DNA of 64,000 nucleotides from Pseudomonadota bacterium (GTDB taxonomy: Bacteria; Pseudomonadota; Alphaproteobacteria; Rhodobacterales; Rhodobacteraceae), in contig JBCDKL010000001.1 of the NCBI GenBank assembly GCA_038746695.1, forward strand, positions 28,451 to 92,450, written 5' to 3'. Below are positions 8,524 through 18,843 of this stretch, in pieces. A program made the translations under genes and the position numbers. Numbering within the stretch: the stretch's first letter is position 1; each line of letters starts with the position of its first letter. Under the pieces are notes generated by a model. It worked only from the letters and a program-made list of their open reading frames with translations, was not told the DNA's origin and ran no database searches.

Positions 8524-9837
8524 ATGGAATGGTTTGAGGCGCTCGCCCTGCTTTTGGGGGCCATCGTGGCGCTCATGGCGCTGGGCATGCCCGTGGCGCT
8601 GGCCTTTCTGGCGGCGAATATCTTGGGCGCCTGGGTCTTCATGGGCGGCGACCGAGGGGTCGTGCAGCTTCTGAACAACGGGCTCGGGGCGCTGACGAAA
8701 TTCGCGCTGGTGCCGATCCCGCTCTTCCTGCTGATGGGGGAGATCTTTTTCCATACCGGCCTCGGCGGGCGCATGTTCACGGCCATTGACCGGCTGCTGG
8801 GGCGACTGCCTGGGCGGCTGAGCTATGTCACCGTGCTGGGCGGCACCGGGTTCTCGACCCTCTCGGGCTCCTCCATGGGGTCCACCGCGCTGCTGGGCAG
8901 CCTGATGGTGCCGGAGATGCAGGCGCGCGGCTACAAGTCCCATATGAGCATCGGGCCGATCCTCGGCACGGGCGGTCTCGCGATCATCATCCCGCCCTCG
9001 GCGCTTGCGGTCCTGCTGGCCACACTGGCGCAGATCGATGTGGGCGCGTTGCTGATCGCGGGCGTGTTCCCGGGGCTGATCCTTGCCGGGTTCTATATCG
9101 CCACGATCTACATCCAGACCCGGCGGGACCCGAGCGCGGCGCCTGCCTATGACGTCACGCCGATCTCGGCGCTGGCCAAGCTCGGCCTCTTGCTCCGCGA
9201 TGTGGTGCCCATGGTGGGGGTGATGATCGTCATCGTCACCCTGATGATCTTTGGCATCGTCACCCCGTCCGAGGCGGCGGCCTTTGGCGCGCTGGGGGTG
9301 ATCCTGCTGGCGGCCATGTTCCGTTGCCTCACTCTGAAGGCGCTGAAGGCCTCGGTCATCGGCGCACTCAAGGTCACGCTCATGGCTTATATGATCGTCT
9401 TCGGCTCGGCGACCTTCAGCCAGCTTCTGGCTTTTTCCGGGGCGTCGCGGGGGCTGATCACCTGGGCGACGGGGTTCGAGCTTGACCCGATCTGGATGCT
9501 GCTGGCGATGTTCGGGGTGCTCCTGATCCTTGGCATGTTCATGGAGCAGATCTCGATCATGCTCTTGACCGTGCCGATCTTCTTTCCGCTGGCCGAGAGC
9601 CTCGGCTTTGACCTGGTTTGGTTCGGGCTGATCATGCTTCTGGCGCTGGAGATCAGCTTCACCACGCCGCCATTTGGTCTCTTGCTATTCGTGATGAAGG
9701 GCGTGGCCCCGCCCAGTACGACCATGCGCGAGATCTATCTGGCGGCGATCCCGTTCATCCTTTGCTCGCTGGCGCTAGTGGCGCTCTTGATCCTCTTCCC
9801 GCCGCTGGCCACGTGGCTGCCCGGGCGCGGCGGGTAG
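8524..9837 (+). CDS. dctM: TRAP transporter large permease
   Basis: Highly hydrophobic 437 aa; IPLFLLMGE, SGSS, IIPPS and TPPFG motifs. Confidence 0.92.
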   Translation: MEWFEALALLLGAIVALMALGMPVALAFLAANILGAWVFMGGDRGVVQLLNNGLGALTKFALVPIPLFLLMGEIFFHTGLGGRMFTAIDRLLGRLPGRLSYVTVLGGTGFSTLSGSSMGSTALLGSLMVPEMQARGYKSHMSIGPILGTGGLAIIIPPSALAVLLATLAQIDVGALLIAGVFPGLILAGFYIATIYIQTRRDPSAAPAYDVTPISALAKLGLLLRDVVPMVGVMIVIVTLMIFGIVTPSEAAAFGALGVILLAAMFRCLTLKALKASVIGALKVTLMAYMIVFGSATFSQLLAFSGASRGLITWATGFELDPIWMLLAMFGVLLILGMFMEQISIMLLTVPIFFPLAESLGFDLVWFGLIMLLALEISFTTPPFGLLLFVMKGVAPPSTTMREIYLAAIPFILCSLALVALLILFPPLATWLPGRGG

Positions 9838-9898
9838 ACAGGGTGCAGGAGGCCGGACTAGCCTGCCCCTCTGACGTGCGTTTCGAGAAAGGGATTGC

Positions 9899-11416
9899 AT
9901 GAATTTCGCCCTTTGGCTGGTGCGCAGCGCGACGCGCGCCCCAGATGCCCCCGCCCTCTATACCGGCACCAGGCTGGAGACGGACTATGCGGGCTTTGCC
10001 GATCAGGCGGCCCGGATCGGGGCGGCGCTGGCCGCGCGCGGGATCGGCAAGGGCGACCGGGTCGGCGTCTTCATGAAGAACTGCACGGATTATCTGCGGG
10101 TGCTCTACGGTATCTGGTGGAGCGGGGCGGCGGCGATCCCGATCAACGCCAAGCTCCATCCACGAGAGGCGGAATGGATCCTCTCGGATGCTCAGGCGAC
10201 CCTGTGCTTTACGACCCCGGATCTGGCCGAGGGGCTGGCCGAAGTCGCGCCCGCTTGTCCTTGCGTGGTCAGTGGCAGTCCCGATTTCGCCGGGATGCTC
10301 GCCACTAAGCCCATGCCGGAACCGGTGGAGATGGCGCGCGAGGATCTCGCCTGGCTCTTTTACACCTCCGGCACCACGGGCAAGCCCAAGGGCGTGATGA
10401 TGAGCACGGCGACCATCACCGCCATGACCCTCAGTTACTTCGTGGATGTGGACGAGGTCAGCGCCGAGGATGCGATCCTCTATGCCGCGCCCATGAGCCA
10501 TGGGGCGGGGATCTACAACTTCATGCATGTGCTGCGTGGCGCGCGCCATGTGGTGCCCGAAAGCGGCGGGTTTGAACCGGCGGAGATCTTTGCACTGGCC
10601 GCCGAGATGCGCGCGGTCAGCATGTTCGCCGCGCCCACCATGGTGCGCCGGATGATCGATGTGGCCAAGGCGACGGGGGCAACGGGGGACGGGATCAAGA
10701 CCGTCATCTATGCGGGCGGGCCGATGTATGTGGCGGACATCGTGGAGGCGGTCGAGGTTCTCGGCGACCGTTTCGTGCAGGTTTACGGGCAGGGCGAGTG
10801 CCCCATGGGGATCACGGCCCTGAGCCGGGCCGATGTGAGCGACCGCAGCCATCCGAACTGGCAGGCGCGGCTGGCCTCGGTCGGCACCGCCCAGACCATC
10901 AGCGAGGTTGCGATCCTCGACGCGAGCGGCGCGCCCGTGCCCGTGGGCGAGACCGGCGAGATCGCCGTGCGGGGCGCGGGCCTGATGCTCGGTTATTGGA
11001 ACCGGCCCGAGGCCACGGCGGACACGATCAAGGGTGGCTGGCTCTGGACCGGGGATATGGGGCGGCTTGATGCGGACGGCTACCTGACCATGGTGGACCG
11101 CTCCAAGGACATGATCATTTCGGGCGGCTCGAATGTGTATCCTCGCGAGGTCGAAGAGGTGCTTCTGACCCATGACAGCGTGGCGGAGGTCTCCGTCGTG
11201 GGACGGCCTCATCCGGAATGGGGGGAGGAGGTCGTTGCCTTTGTCGTCCCCACCTCCGGCGCGGCTTTGGCGGAGGCGGCGCTCGACGCGCTTTGCCTCG
11301 ATCAGATCGCGCGGTTCAAGAGGCCCAAGGCCTATATCGCGATTTCGGAGCTGCCGAAGAACAATTACGGCAAGGTCCTCAAGACCGATCTGCGGGCGCG
11401 GTTGCAGGGCGATTAA
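9899..11416 (+). CDS. AMP-binding acyl-CoA synthetase/ligase
   Basis: YTSGTTGKPKG, YGQGE, TGDMG and LPKNNYGKVLK motifs. Confidence 0.9.
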   Translation: MNFALWLVRSATRAPDAPALYTGTRLETDYAGFADQAARIGAALAARGIGKGDRVGVFMKNCTDYLRVLYGIWWSGAAAIPINAKLHPREAEWILSDAQATLCFTTPDLAEGLAEVAPACPCVVSGSPDFAGMLATKPMPEPVEMAREDLAWLFYTSGTTGKPKGVMMSTATITAMTLSYFVDVDEVSAEDAILYAAPMSHGAGIYNFMHVLRGARHVVPESGGFEPAEIFALAAEMRAVSMFAAPTMVRRMIDVAKATGATGDGIKTVIYAGGPMYVADIVEAVEVLGDRFVQVYGQGECPMGITALSRADVSDRSHPNWQARLASVGTAQTISEVAILDASGAPVPVGETGEIAVRGAGLMLGYWNRPEATADTIKGGWLWTGDMGRLDADGYLTMVDRSKDMIISGGSNVYPREVEEVLLTHDSVAEVSVVGRPHPEWGEEVVAFVVPTSGAALAEAALDALCLDQIARFKRPKAYIAISELPKNNYGKVLKTDLRARLQGD

Positions 11417-11445
11417 AGCCCGGGCCCCTGCGCCAGATCATCCCC

Positions 11446-11474
11446 TCGCCTAAAGCGGCGATTAGGACTAGGCT
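11446..11474 (+). promoter_or_regulatory. Candidate sigma70-type promoter for a leaderless hupT transcript
   Basis: TCGCCT-N17-TAGGCT ends 7 nt before the hupT ATG; no Shine-Dalgarno visible. Confidence 0.35.
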
Positions 11475-11481
11475 TTGATCC

Positions 11482-12816
11482 ATGCGCATCGAGCCGCCCT
11501 CCACGCCACAACCGGCGAGCACCGTGTCCGGGATCGACGACTCCGCCTGGTCCGAGGTGCTGCGGGCGGTGGATGACACCTATTCGGCGTTGATCGAGAA
11601 CCAGACGGCGCTGGAGGCGCGCAACCGCGAGCTGGAGGATCTGCGCCGGTTCATGGGGTCGGTCATGGCCTCGGTCTCGGACGTGCTTCTGGTGGTGTCG
11701 CGGACCGGGGATCTGCAGGAATGCAGCGCGTCGCTGCTGCGACTGACGGAGCGGGACCGCGAGGACATTCTCGAACAGCCTGTGGCGACGCTCTTTGCCG
11801 CCGAGGATCAGTCTCGGCTGGCCGATGCCTTGCAGGCGGTGATCTCGGCCAAGGCGCGGGTGGATTTCGAGGCGGATCTCGCCCATGGCGAAGGGGCCGC
11901 GACGCTGGAGTTTAGCATTGCTCCCCGGCTGGACGATCGGGGACGGGCGACGGGCGCGGTTCTGACCGGGCGGCCCGTGGGGGAGCTGCGTCAGGCCTAT
12001 GCGGAGCTCGCCAAGAGCCACGACGCCCTGCAACAGACTCAGGCCCAGCTGGTGCGCAATGAAAAGCTCGCGTCCCTCGGTCGGCTGCTCGCGGGGGTGG
12101 CCCATGAGCTGAACAATCCGATCAGCTTTGTCTATGCCAATGCCCATGCAATGGAGCGCTACGCCACCAAGTTCGAGACATATTTCGAACGGGTGCAGGA
12201 GGGCGCGGACCGGGCCGAGCTTGTGTCGCTGCGTGAGGAGCTGAAGCTGGACCGGGAGATCCTCAACCTGCGCGAGGCCATCGACGGGGCCCGGGACGGG
12301 GCGGAACGGGTGCGTGATATCGTGGCCGATCTGCGGCGGCTCTCGGCGGAGGGTTCGGGCGAGACCGAGGAGTTTGATCTGGCCGAGGCGGCACGCACTG
12401 CGGCCAGCTGGGTCGCGCGCGGGGCGCGAGGCGAGCTGCGGATCACCTTCATGGGGCTCGATGCGGCCCCGGTCGCGGGCAAGCCGGGACATATTCAGCA
12501 AGTGGTCATGAATCTGGTGCAGAACGCGGTGGATGCCATGGCCGATCAGGAGGATGCATCGCTGCATTTGGACATACGTCAGACCGGGGATCTTCTGACC
12601 CTCGATGTCACCGATACGGGGCCGGGCATTCCGGAGGAGGTCGCGCCCCATATCTTCGATCCGTTCTACACCACCAAACCGGTGGGGCAGGGGACGGGGC
12701 TTGGCCTCGCCATCTCGCACAAGATCGCCGATGAGCATGGCGGGCGGCTTTTGCACGTGCCCACCGAGCACGGAACCTGCATGCGGCTGGAACTGCCCGT
12801 GGTGACGGTTCCATGA
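11482..12816 (+). CDS. hupT: PAS-domain sensor histidine kinase of the H2-sensing system
   Basis: H-box GVAHELNNP, N-box NLVQNAVDA, G-boxes DTGPGI and GTGLGL; upstream of hupUV. Confidence 0.92.
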   Translation: MRIEPPSTPQPASTVSGIDDSAWSEVLRAVDDTYSALIENQTALEARNRELEDLRRFMGSVMASVSDVLLVVSRTGDLQECSASLLRLTERDREDILEQPVATLFAAEDQSRLADALQAVISAKARVDFEADLAHGEGAATLEFSIAPRLDDRGRATGAVLTGRPVGELRQAYAELAKSHDALQQTQAQLVRNEKLASLGRLLAGVAHELNNPISFVYANAHAMERYATKFETYFERVQEGADRAELVSLREELKLDREILNLREAIDGARDGAERVRDIVADLRRLSAEGSGETEEFDLAEAARTAASWVARGARGELRITFMGLDAAPVAGKPGHIQQVVMNLVQNAVDAMADQEDASLHLDIRQTGDLLTLDVTDTGPGIPEEVAPHIFDPFYTTKPVGQGTGLGLAISHKIADEHGGRLLHVPTEHGTCMRLELPVVTVP

Positions 12817-13820
12817 CCCGGCGGCGGAGCATGCTCTGGCTGCAATCTGCGGGTTGCGGCGGTTGCACCATGTCGCTTCTGTGTGCCGAGGCGCCGGGCG
12901 TTCTGCATGCGCTGGAGGGGGCGGGGATCGACCTGCTCTGGCACCCGGCGCTCAGCGCCGAGAGCGGGGCGGAGGTGCGCGCGCTGCTCGCGGGGATCGA
13001 GGCCGGAGAGATCCCGCTCGATATCCTCTGTGTCGAGGGCGCGGTGGCCAAAGGACCCAAAGGGACCGGGCGATACCAGATGCTCTCAGGCACCGGACGG
13101 TCGATGCTGGATTGGGTCGAAAGCCTCGCGCCCCATGCGGGCCATGTGCTGGCCGTGGGCAGTTGCGCGGCCTTTGGCGGCGTGACCTCGGCGGGCGGGA
13201 ACCCGACCGATGCGGTGGGTCTGCAATATGAAGGCACCCACCCGGGGGGCGTGCTGCCGCCGGAATTTCGCGGAGGCGAGGGCCTGCCGGTGGTCAACAT
13301 CGCGGGCTGTCCGACCCATCCCGATTGGGTGACCGAGACGCTTCTGATGCTGGCGGGCGAGGACCTGACGCCAGAGGCGCTCGATGTCTATGCCCGGCCC
13401 CGGTTCTACGCGGATCATCTGGTGCACCATGCCTGTCCGAAGAACGAATACTACGAATACAAGGCCAGCGCCCGCGCCCTGTCGGAGATGGGTTGTATGA
13501 TGGAGCATCTGGGCTGTGTCGGCACGCAAGCCGTGGGGGATTGTAACATCCGTCCCTGGAACGGGTCCGGCAGTTGCACGCGCGGCGGCTATCCTTGCGT
13601 GAACTGCACGGCCCCCGAGTTTGAGGAACCGCGCCATCCGTTCACCGAGACCCCGAAACTGGCGGGGATCCCCGTGGGGCTGCCCACGGATATGCCCAAG
13701 GCCTGGTTCATGGCTTTGGCCTCGCTCAGCAAGGCCGCGACCCCGCCGCGCGTGGGCGAGAACGCGGTCTCGGACCGGGTGCGCGTGCCGCCGACCTTGC
13801 GAAAGCCCCCCGGCTCATGA
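12813..13820 (+). CDS. hupU: Regulatory (H2-sensing) [NiFe]-hydrogenase small subunit
   Basis: WLQSAGCGGC and GCPTHP motifs; no Tat signal. Confidence 0.92.
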   Translation: MTRRRSMLWLQSAGCGGCTMSLLCAEAPGVLHALEGAGIDLLWHPALSAESGAEVRALLAGIEAGEIPLDILCVEGAVAKGPKGTGRYQMLSGTGRSMLDWVESLAPHAGHVLAVGSCAAFGGVTSAGGNPTDAVGLQYEGTHPGGVLPPEFRGGEGLPVVNIAGCPTHPDWVTETLLMLAGEDLTPEALDVYARPRFYADHLVHHACPKNEYYEYKASARALSEMGCMMEHLGCVGTQAVGDCNIRPWNGSGSCTRGGYPCVNCTAPEFEEPRHPFTETPKLAGIPVGLPTDMPKAWFMALASLSKAATPPRVGENAVSDRVRVPPTLRKPPGS

Positions 13821-15250
13821 GCGAGCGCGAGCTTCTGGTCGGGCCGTTCAACCGGGTGGAAGGGGATCTGGAGCTGCGGCTCGAGATTTCCGGCGACCGG
13901 GTACAAGCGGCCTATGCAAACTCACCGCTCTTTCGCGGGTTCGAGATGATGCTCCTAGGCAAGGCGCCGCAGGATGCCCTGACCCTGACACCGCGCATCT
14001 GCGGGATTTGCTCGATCAGCCAGTCGGCGGCTGCGGCCCGAGCCTTGGCGGCGGCGCAGGGCGTGGCGCCCACCGAGAACGGCGGGCGGGCGACGCAGAT
14101 CATTCATGCGGTCGAAAATGTGGCGGATCACATCACGCATTTTGCCCTCTTCTTCATGCCCGATTTCGCGCGCCCCGACTACGCGGCGCGGGACTGGCAT
14201 GGCGCAGTGACCGAGCGGTTTCTGGCCACAAAGGGCTCTATGGCCCATGCAACACTCTCGGCGCGCGCCGAGCTTTTGCATATTCTCGGGCTGCTTGCGG
14301 GCAAATGGCCCCATACGCTCGCGATCCAACCGGGCGGCGTGACCAAGACCCCGACGGCCCGCGACAAGGCGCGGATCGCACTTAGCCTCGCGGGGTTCCG
14401 GCGATTTCTGGAGAAGGATCTCTTTGGCGCGCCGGTGGAGGCGTTTGCGGAGCTGAGCTCGGTTGCGGATCTGACGGCGTGGGAGACCGGGGATGCGGGG
14501 CTCTTTCTGCGCATCGCGCGGGATCTCGGACTGGGCGAGATGGGGGCGGGGCCCGGGCGGTATCTGTCCTTTGGGGCCTATGCAGGGGCCGCGGGTCCGG
14601 CCTTTGCCCAAGGGGTCTGGGATGGCGCGCTGCGCCCCTTTGATCCGGCGGATGTGGTCGAGGATCTGAGCCATGCCTGGATGCTGGGGGCGGATGCCCA
14701 TCCTGAGGCCGGACAAACCCGGCCCGATGAAGACATGGCCGCCCCCGCCTATAGCTGGTGCAAGGCGCCACGCCTCGCGGGGCAGGTGGCCGAAACCGGA
14801 GCCTTTGCCCGGCAAGTGGTCGACGGGCACCCGCTGGCCCGGGCGCTCGCGGCTTCGGGCGGCAGCACGGTGCTCAGCCGGGTCGCCGGTCGGCTCTTGG
14901 AGGTGGCGCGGACGCAAATCCTGCTGGAAGAGTGGACCCGGGCGCTCGATCCCGGGGCGGTCTTCATGATGCAGGGTGAAACCCCGCGCGAAGGTGAAGG
15001 CGTCGGCCTGGTCGAGGCCGCGCGCGGCGCGCTGGGCCATTGGCTGCGGATCGAGAAGGGCAAGATCGCGGGCTATCAGATCATTGCGCCGACCACGTGG
15101 AATTTCAGCCCGCGGGACCGGGCGGGGCAGCCCGGGGCGGTCGAGGCCGCGCTGGCCGGGGCGCCTGTGGGACCGGCGGAAGAGACGCCGATCGCCGTCC
15201 AGCATATCGTGCGCAGCTTCGATCCCTGCATGGTCTGCACGGTCCACTGA
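13817..15250 (+). CDS. hupV: Regulatory [NiFe]-hydrogenase large subunit (group 2b type)
   Basis: GPFNRVEGD and PRICGIC; ends at DPCMVCTVH with no cleavable C-terminal extension. Confidence 0.93.
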   Translation: MSERELLVGPFNRVEGDLELRLEISGDRVQAAYANSPLFRGFEMMLLGKAPQDALTLTPRICGICSISQSAAAARALAAAQGVAPTENGGRATQIIHAVENVADHITHFALFFMPDFARPDYAARDWHGAVTERFLATKGSMAHATLSARAELLHILGLLAGKWPHTLAIQPGGVTKTPTARDKARIALSLAGFRRFLEKDLFGAPVEAFAELSSVADLTAWETGDAGLFLRIARDLGLGEMGAGPGRYLSFGAYAGAAGPAFAQGVWDGALRPFDPADVVEDLSHAWMLGADAHPEAGQTRPDEDMAAPAYSWCKAPRLAGQVAETGAFARQVVDGHPLARALAASGGSTVLSRVAGRLLEVARTQILLEEWTRALDPGAVFMMQGETPREGEGVGLVEAARGALGHWLRIEKGKIAGYQIIAPTTWNFSPRDRAGQPGAVEAALAGAPVGPAEETPIAVQHIVRSFDPCMVCTVH

Positions 15251-15251
15251 G

Positions 15252-17516
15252 ATGGAGGGCCGCCGCATTCGCGTGCGCGGGCAGGTGCAGGGGGTCGGGT
15301 TCCGCCCCTTCATCTGGCAACTCGCTCAGGCGCGGGGGCTGCGGGGCGAGGTTCTGAATGATCCCGAAGGCGTGCTGATCCATGTCTGGGGCGCGGATCT
15401 GGAGGGGTTTGCCGCCGAGATAACCGCCAAGGCCCCGCCGCTCGCGCAGGTCGATGCGGTGGAGGTGGCGCCGCTGGACGGCGTGCCGCCGGAGGGGTTC
15501 TCGATTGCGGCCAGCGCCGGGGCGGGGAACCAGACCCGGATCACCCCGGATGCTGCGACTTGCGCGGAGTGTCTGGCCGAGATCCGCGACCCGGCGGAGC
15601 GGCGCTACGGCTACCCCTTCGCCAATTGCACCCATTGCGGTCCGCGCCTTACGATCATCGACGCGCTGCCCTATGACCGGGCCCAGACCGCGATGGCGGC
15701 GTTCCAGATGTGCGCGGCGTGTCGGGCAGAATACGAGGACCCCGAGGATCGCCGGTTTCATGCTCAGCCGATCGCCTGCCCGGCCTGCGGCCCGCGCCTG
15801 TGGTTTGAGCGGGACGGGGAGGAGATCGGTGGCGCGGCCATTGACATGGCCGCGCAGTCGCTCGCGGCAGGCGAGGTGGTCGCGATCAAGGGGCTCGGGG
15901 GCTTTCATCTCGCAGTGGACGCGCGCAACGACGCGGCCGTCGCGCGTTTGCGCCAGCGCAAGCGGCGGCCCGCGAAGCCTTTTGCCCTGCTGGGGACGCT
16001 CGAGATGATCCAGCGCCACTGCCCGATGCGGGGCGATGAACAGGCCTTGCTCAAGAGCCCAACCGCGCCGATCCTGCTGCTGAGGGCGCGGGGTGAGGCG
16101 CTCCCGAAAGAGATCGCGCCGGGGATGGATACGCTGGGCTGGATGTTGCCAAACACCCCCTTGCATCACCTTCTGCTTGATGCGTTTGGCGCACCGCTGG
16201 TTATGACCTCGGGCAACCTCTCGGGCGAGCCGCAGGTGATCGGCAATGCGGAGGCGCGGGAGAAACTGAGCGGGTTTGCAGATTCCTTCCTGATGCATGA
16301 CCGGGAGATCCGGCGGCGTCTTGATGACAGCGTGATGCGGGTCTTGCGCTCCGGGCCCATGGTGCTGCGCCGGGCACGAGGGCAGGTGCCGGGCACGCTG
16401 CCCTTGCCCGAGGGGCTGCGCGAGGCCCCGCCCGTGGTGGCCTATGGCGGACAGATGAAGGGCGCGATTTGCCTGACCAAGGGGGGCGAGGCGTTGCTCG
16501 GGCACCATCTCGGCGAAATGGACAACTTGTTGACCATCGAGGCCTTCGATCAGGCGGATGCGGATTATGCGGCGCTCTTTGACCATAACCCAGCCGCGGT
16601 GGCTTGCGATCTGCATCCGGAGTTCCATGCTTCGCGCCATGGGGCGGCACGGGCGGAGGCGCTGGGCGTGCCGCTGATCGAGGTGCAGCATCACCACGCG
16701 CATATGGCTTCTTGCATGGCAGAGAACGGCTGGCCGCTCGATGCTGGCCCGGTGGTTGGGATCATCCTGGACGGGCTAGGGCTGGGGCCGGATGGTACGG
16801 TTTGGGGTGGCGAGGTCCTTCTGGGGGATTACACCAATTTCGAGAGGGTGGGGTGGCTGACCCCTGCGCCACTCGTCGGGGGCGACCGCGCGCAGGCGGA
16901 GCCGTGGCGGAATGCGCTGATGCGGCTCGATGCCGCGGGGCTGGGCGATTGGGCGGATCAAGCCTTCGCCGATCTTCCGCGCGATCTGTTGCGGCAGGCG
17001 GCAGAGGCCGGGGTGAATGCGCCGCTTTCCTCCAGTGCCGGGCGGCTCTTTGATGCGGTGGCGGCGATCCTCGGGATCTGCCCGGATCGGCAGAGCTATG
17101 AGGGCGAGGCGGCCATGCGGCTGGAGACTTTGGCAGGCACAAGGACTGGTCCTGCGCCGGGCTGGGCCGCCAATGTTGCGACGCCGCGTACCGATCCGAT
17201 AGACCCTGCGCCGATGTTGCGCGCGCTGGTCGCGGAGTTGCAGTCGGGGGGGGATCCCGCCGCGCTGGCCCATGGGGCGCATCGCTGGGTGGCGGACGCG
17301 TTCGCCGCCCCGGCGCGCGCGATCGTTGAGGCGGGGCAGGCCCAGGCCGTCGCCCTTTCGGGCGGGTGTTTTCAGAATGCACTACTGTCCCGGATGGTCT
17401 GCGAGAGGCTCGCGGATCTGCCGGTTCTGACCCATGGAAAGGTCCCGGCCAATGATGGCGGACTCGCCATGGGACAGGCGGCAGTGGCCGCCGCTCGGCT
17501 GGTTCGCGGCGGATAG
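15252..17516 (+). CDS. hypF: Carbamoyltransferase HypF
   Basis: [10 protein letters not shown] acylphosphatase-like domain, CxxC zinc fingers, KGLGGFH, QHHHAH and PANDGG motifs; start taken at MEGRRIRV. Confidence 0.95.
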   Translation: MEGRRIRVRGQVQGVGFRPFIWQLAQARGLRGEVLNDPEGVLIHVWGADLEGFAAEITAKAPPLAQVDAVEVAPLDGVPPEGFSIAASAGAGNQTRITPDAATCAECLAEIRDPAERRYGYPFANCTHCGPRLTIIDALPYDRAQTAMAAFQMCAACRAEYEDPEDRRFHAQPIACPACGPRLWFERDGEEIGGAAIDMAAQSLAAGEVVAIKGLGGFHLAVDARNDAAVARLRQRKRRPAKPFALLGTLEMIQRHCPMRGDEQALLKSPTAPILLLRARGEALPKEIAPGMDTLGWMLPNTPLHHLLLDAFGAPLVMTSGNLSGEPQVIGNAEAREKLSGFADSFLMHDREIRRRLDDSVMRVLRSGPMVLRRARGQVPGTLPLPEGLREAPPVVAYGGQMKGAICLTKGGEALLGHHLGEMDNLLTIEAFDQADADYAALFDHNPAAVACDLHPEFHASRHGAARAEALGVPLIEVQHHHAHMASCMAENGWPLDAGPVVGIILDGLGLGPDGTVWGGEVLLGDYTNFERVGWLTPAPLVGGDRAQAEPWRNALMRLDAAGLGDWADQAFADLPRDLLRQAAEAGVNAPLSSSAGRLFDAVAAILGICPDRQSYEGEAAMRLETLAGTRTGPAPGWAANVATPRTDPIDPAPMLRALVAELQSGGDPAALAHGAHRWVADAFAAPARAIVEAGQAQAVALSGGCFQNALLSRMVCERLADLPVLTHGKVPANDGGLAMGQAAVAAARLVRGG

Positions 17517-17748
17517 AAACTTCCCACCCCCTGCCGGAAACTGGAAATTCGATCACCGGGTTCAGAGACGGCCATCTCAGGTATTTCCGCATAACACGCT
17601 GAAAACAAGATTGTATTCCGTCGCACACAAATATCCGCCCAAAGGTTTGCGACCCCTTTCCAATCCATCGCCTACTGACCCAAAGCGCGGCCAGAGCTCC
17701 GTCCACAAGGGGCCGGGACGCGCAGGGACAGTGAATGGAGGACCCCCG
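17517..17748 (+). promoter_or_regulatory. hupSLC promoter region with an AT-rich IHF-like element
   Basis: AT-richer intergenic stretch; TAACACGCTGAAAACAA at 17592 resembles an IHF site; no TGGCAC-N5-TTGC (sigma54) element seen. Confidence 0.5.
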
Positions 17749-18840
17749 GTGAGTGAGATCGAAACCTTTTATGACGTGATGCGGCGGCAGGGGATCACCC
17801 GGCGCAGTTTCATGAAATATTGCTCGTTGACGGCGGCGGCCCTCGGGCTTGGGCCGTCCTTCGTGCCCAAGATCGCCCATGCGATGGAAACCAAGCCGCG
17901 CACCCCGGTGATCTGGGTGCATGGGCTGGAATGCACCTGCTGTTCCGAGAGCTTCATCCGCTCGGCCCACCCGCTGGCAAAGGATGTGGTCCTGTCCATG
18001 ATCAGCCTTGATTATGACGACACGCTCATGGCGGCGGCGGGCCACGCGGCCGAGGCGGCGATGGCGGACACGATCGAGAAATACAAGGGCAACTACATCC
18101 TCGCGGTGGAGGGCAACCCGCCCTTGAACGAGGACGGGATGTTCTGCATTTCTGGCGGCAAACCCTTTGTCGAGAAGCTGAAATACGCGGCCAAGGACGC
18201 CAAGGCGGTGATCAGCTGGGGGGCCTGTGCCTCCTATGGCTGTGTGCAGGCGGCCAAGCCGAACCCGACCCAGGCCACGCCCGTGCACAAGGTCATCACC
18301 GACAAGCCGATCATCAAAGTGCCCGGCTGCCCGCCGATCGCCGAGGTGATGACCGGGGTGATCACCTATATGCTCACTTTCGAGCGGATGCCCGAGCTTG
18401 ACCGTCAGGGCCGCCCGAAGATGTTCTACTCCCAGCGGATCCACGACAAATGCTACCGCCGCCCGCATTTCGATGCCGGGCAGTTCGTCGAGGAATGGGA
18501 CGATGACAATGCGCGCAAGGGCTATTGTCTCTACAAGATGGGCTGCAAGGGCCCGACCACCTACAATGCCTGTTCGACCGTGCGCTGGAATGAGGGGACA
18601 TCCTTCCCGATCCAGTCCGGCCATGGCTGTATCGGCTGTTCCGAAGACGGGTTCTGGGATCAGGGCTCGTTCTACGACCGGCTCACCGACATCAAGCAAT
18701 TCGGGATCGAGAAGAACGCCGATCAGGTAGGCCTTGCGGCCGCCGGTGTCGTCGGCGGGGGCGTGGCACTGCACGCAGCTGTCTCGGCCCTGAAAGCGGC
18801 CCAGAAGAAAACGCAATCCGATGCGTCCGAGGAGGTCTGA
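17749..18840 (+). CDS. hupS: Membrane-bound uptake [NiFe]-hydrogenase small subunit (Tat-exported, predicted O2-tolerant)
   Basis: GTG start with GGAGG RBS; TRRSFMK Tat motif; ECTCCSES and GACASYGCV; C-terminal hydrophobic anchor. Confidence 0.96.
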   Translation: MSEIETFYDVMRRQGITRRSFMKYCSLTAAALGLGPSFVPKIAHAMETKPRTPVIWVHGLECTCCSESFIRSAHPLAKDVVLSMISLDYDDTLMAAAGHAAEAAMADTIEKYKGNYILAVEGNPPLNEDGMFCISGGKPFVEKLKYAAKDAKAVISWGACASYGCVQAAKPNPTQATPVHKVITDKPIIKVPGCPPIAEVMTGVITYMLTFERMPELDRQGRPKMFYSQRIHDKCYRRPHFDAGQFVEEWDDDNARKGYCLYKMGCKGPTTYNACSTVRWNEGTSFPIQSGHGCIGCSEDGFWDQGSFYDRLTDIKQFGIEKNADQVGLAAAGVVGGGVALHAAVSALKAAQKKTQSDASEEV

Positions 18841-18843
18841 TAG

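Noticed and set aside
14976-15251. N-terminal extensions given by the ORF track for hypF (likewise hupS from 17434, hupD from 21623, dctP from 47578, Sel1 from 51016, gltX from 54620, purA from 62330)
   Set aside because: They overlap upstream genes or promoters; RBS position and family N-termini support the later starts
17517-17748. Sigma54 (-24/-12) promoter for hupS
   Set aside because: No TGGCAC-N5-TTGC-like element found, consistent with the degenerate HupR
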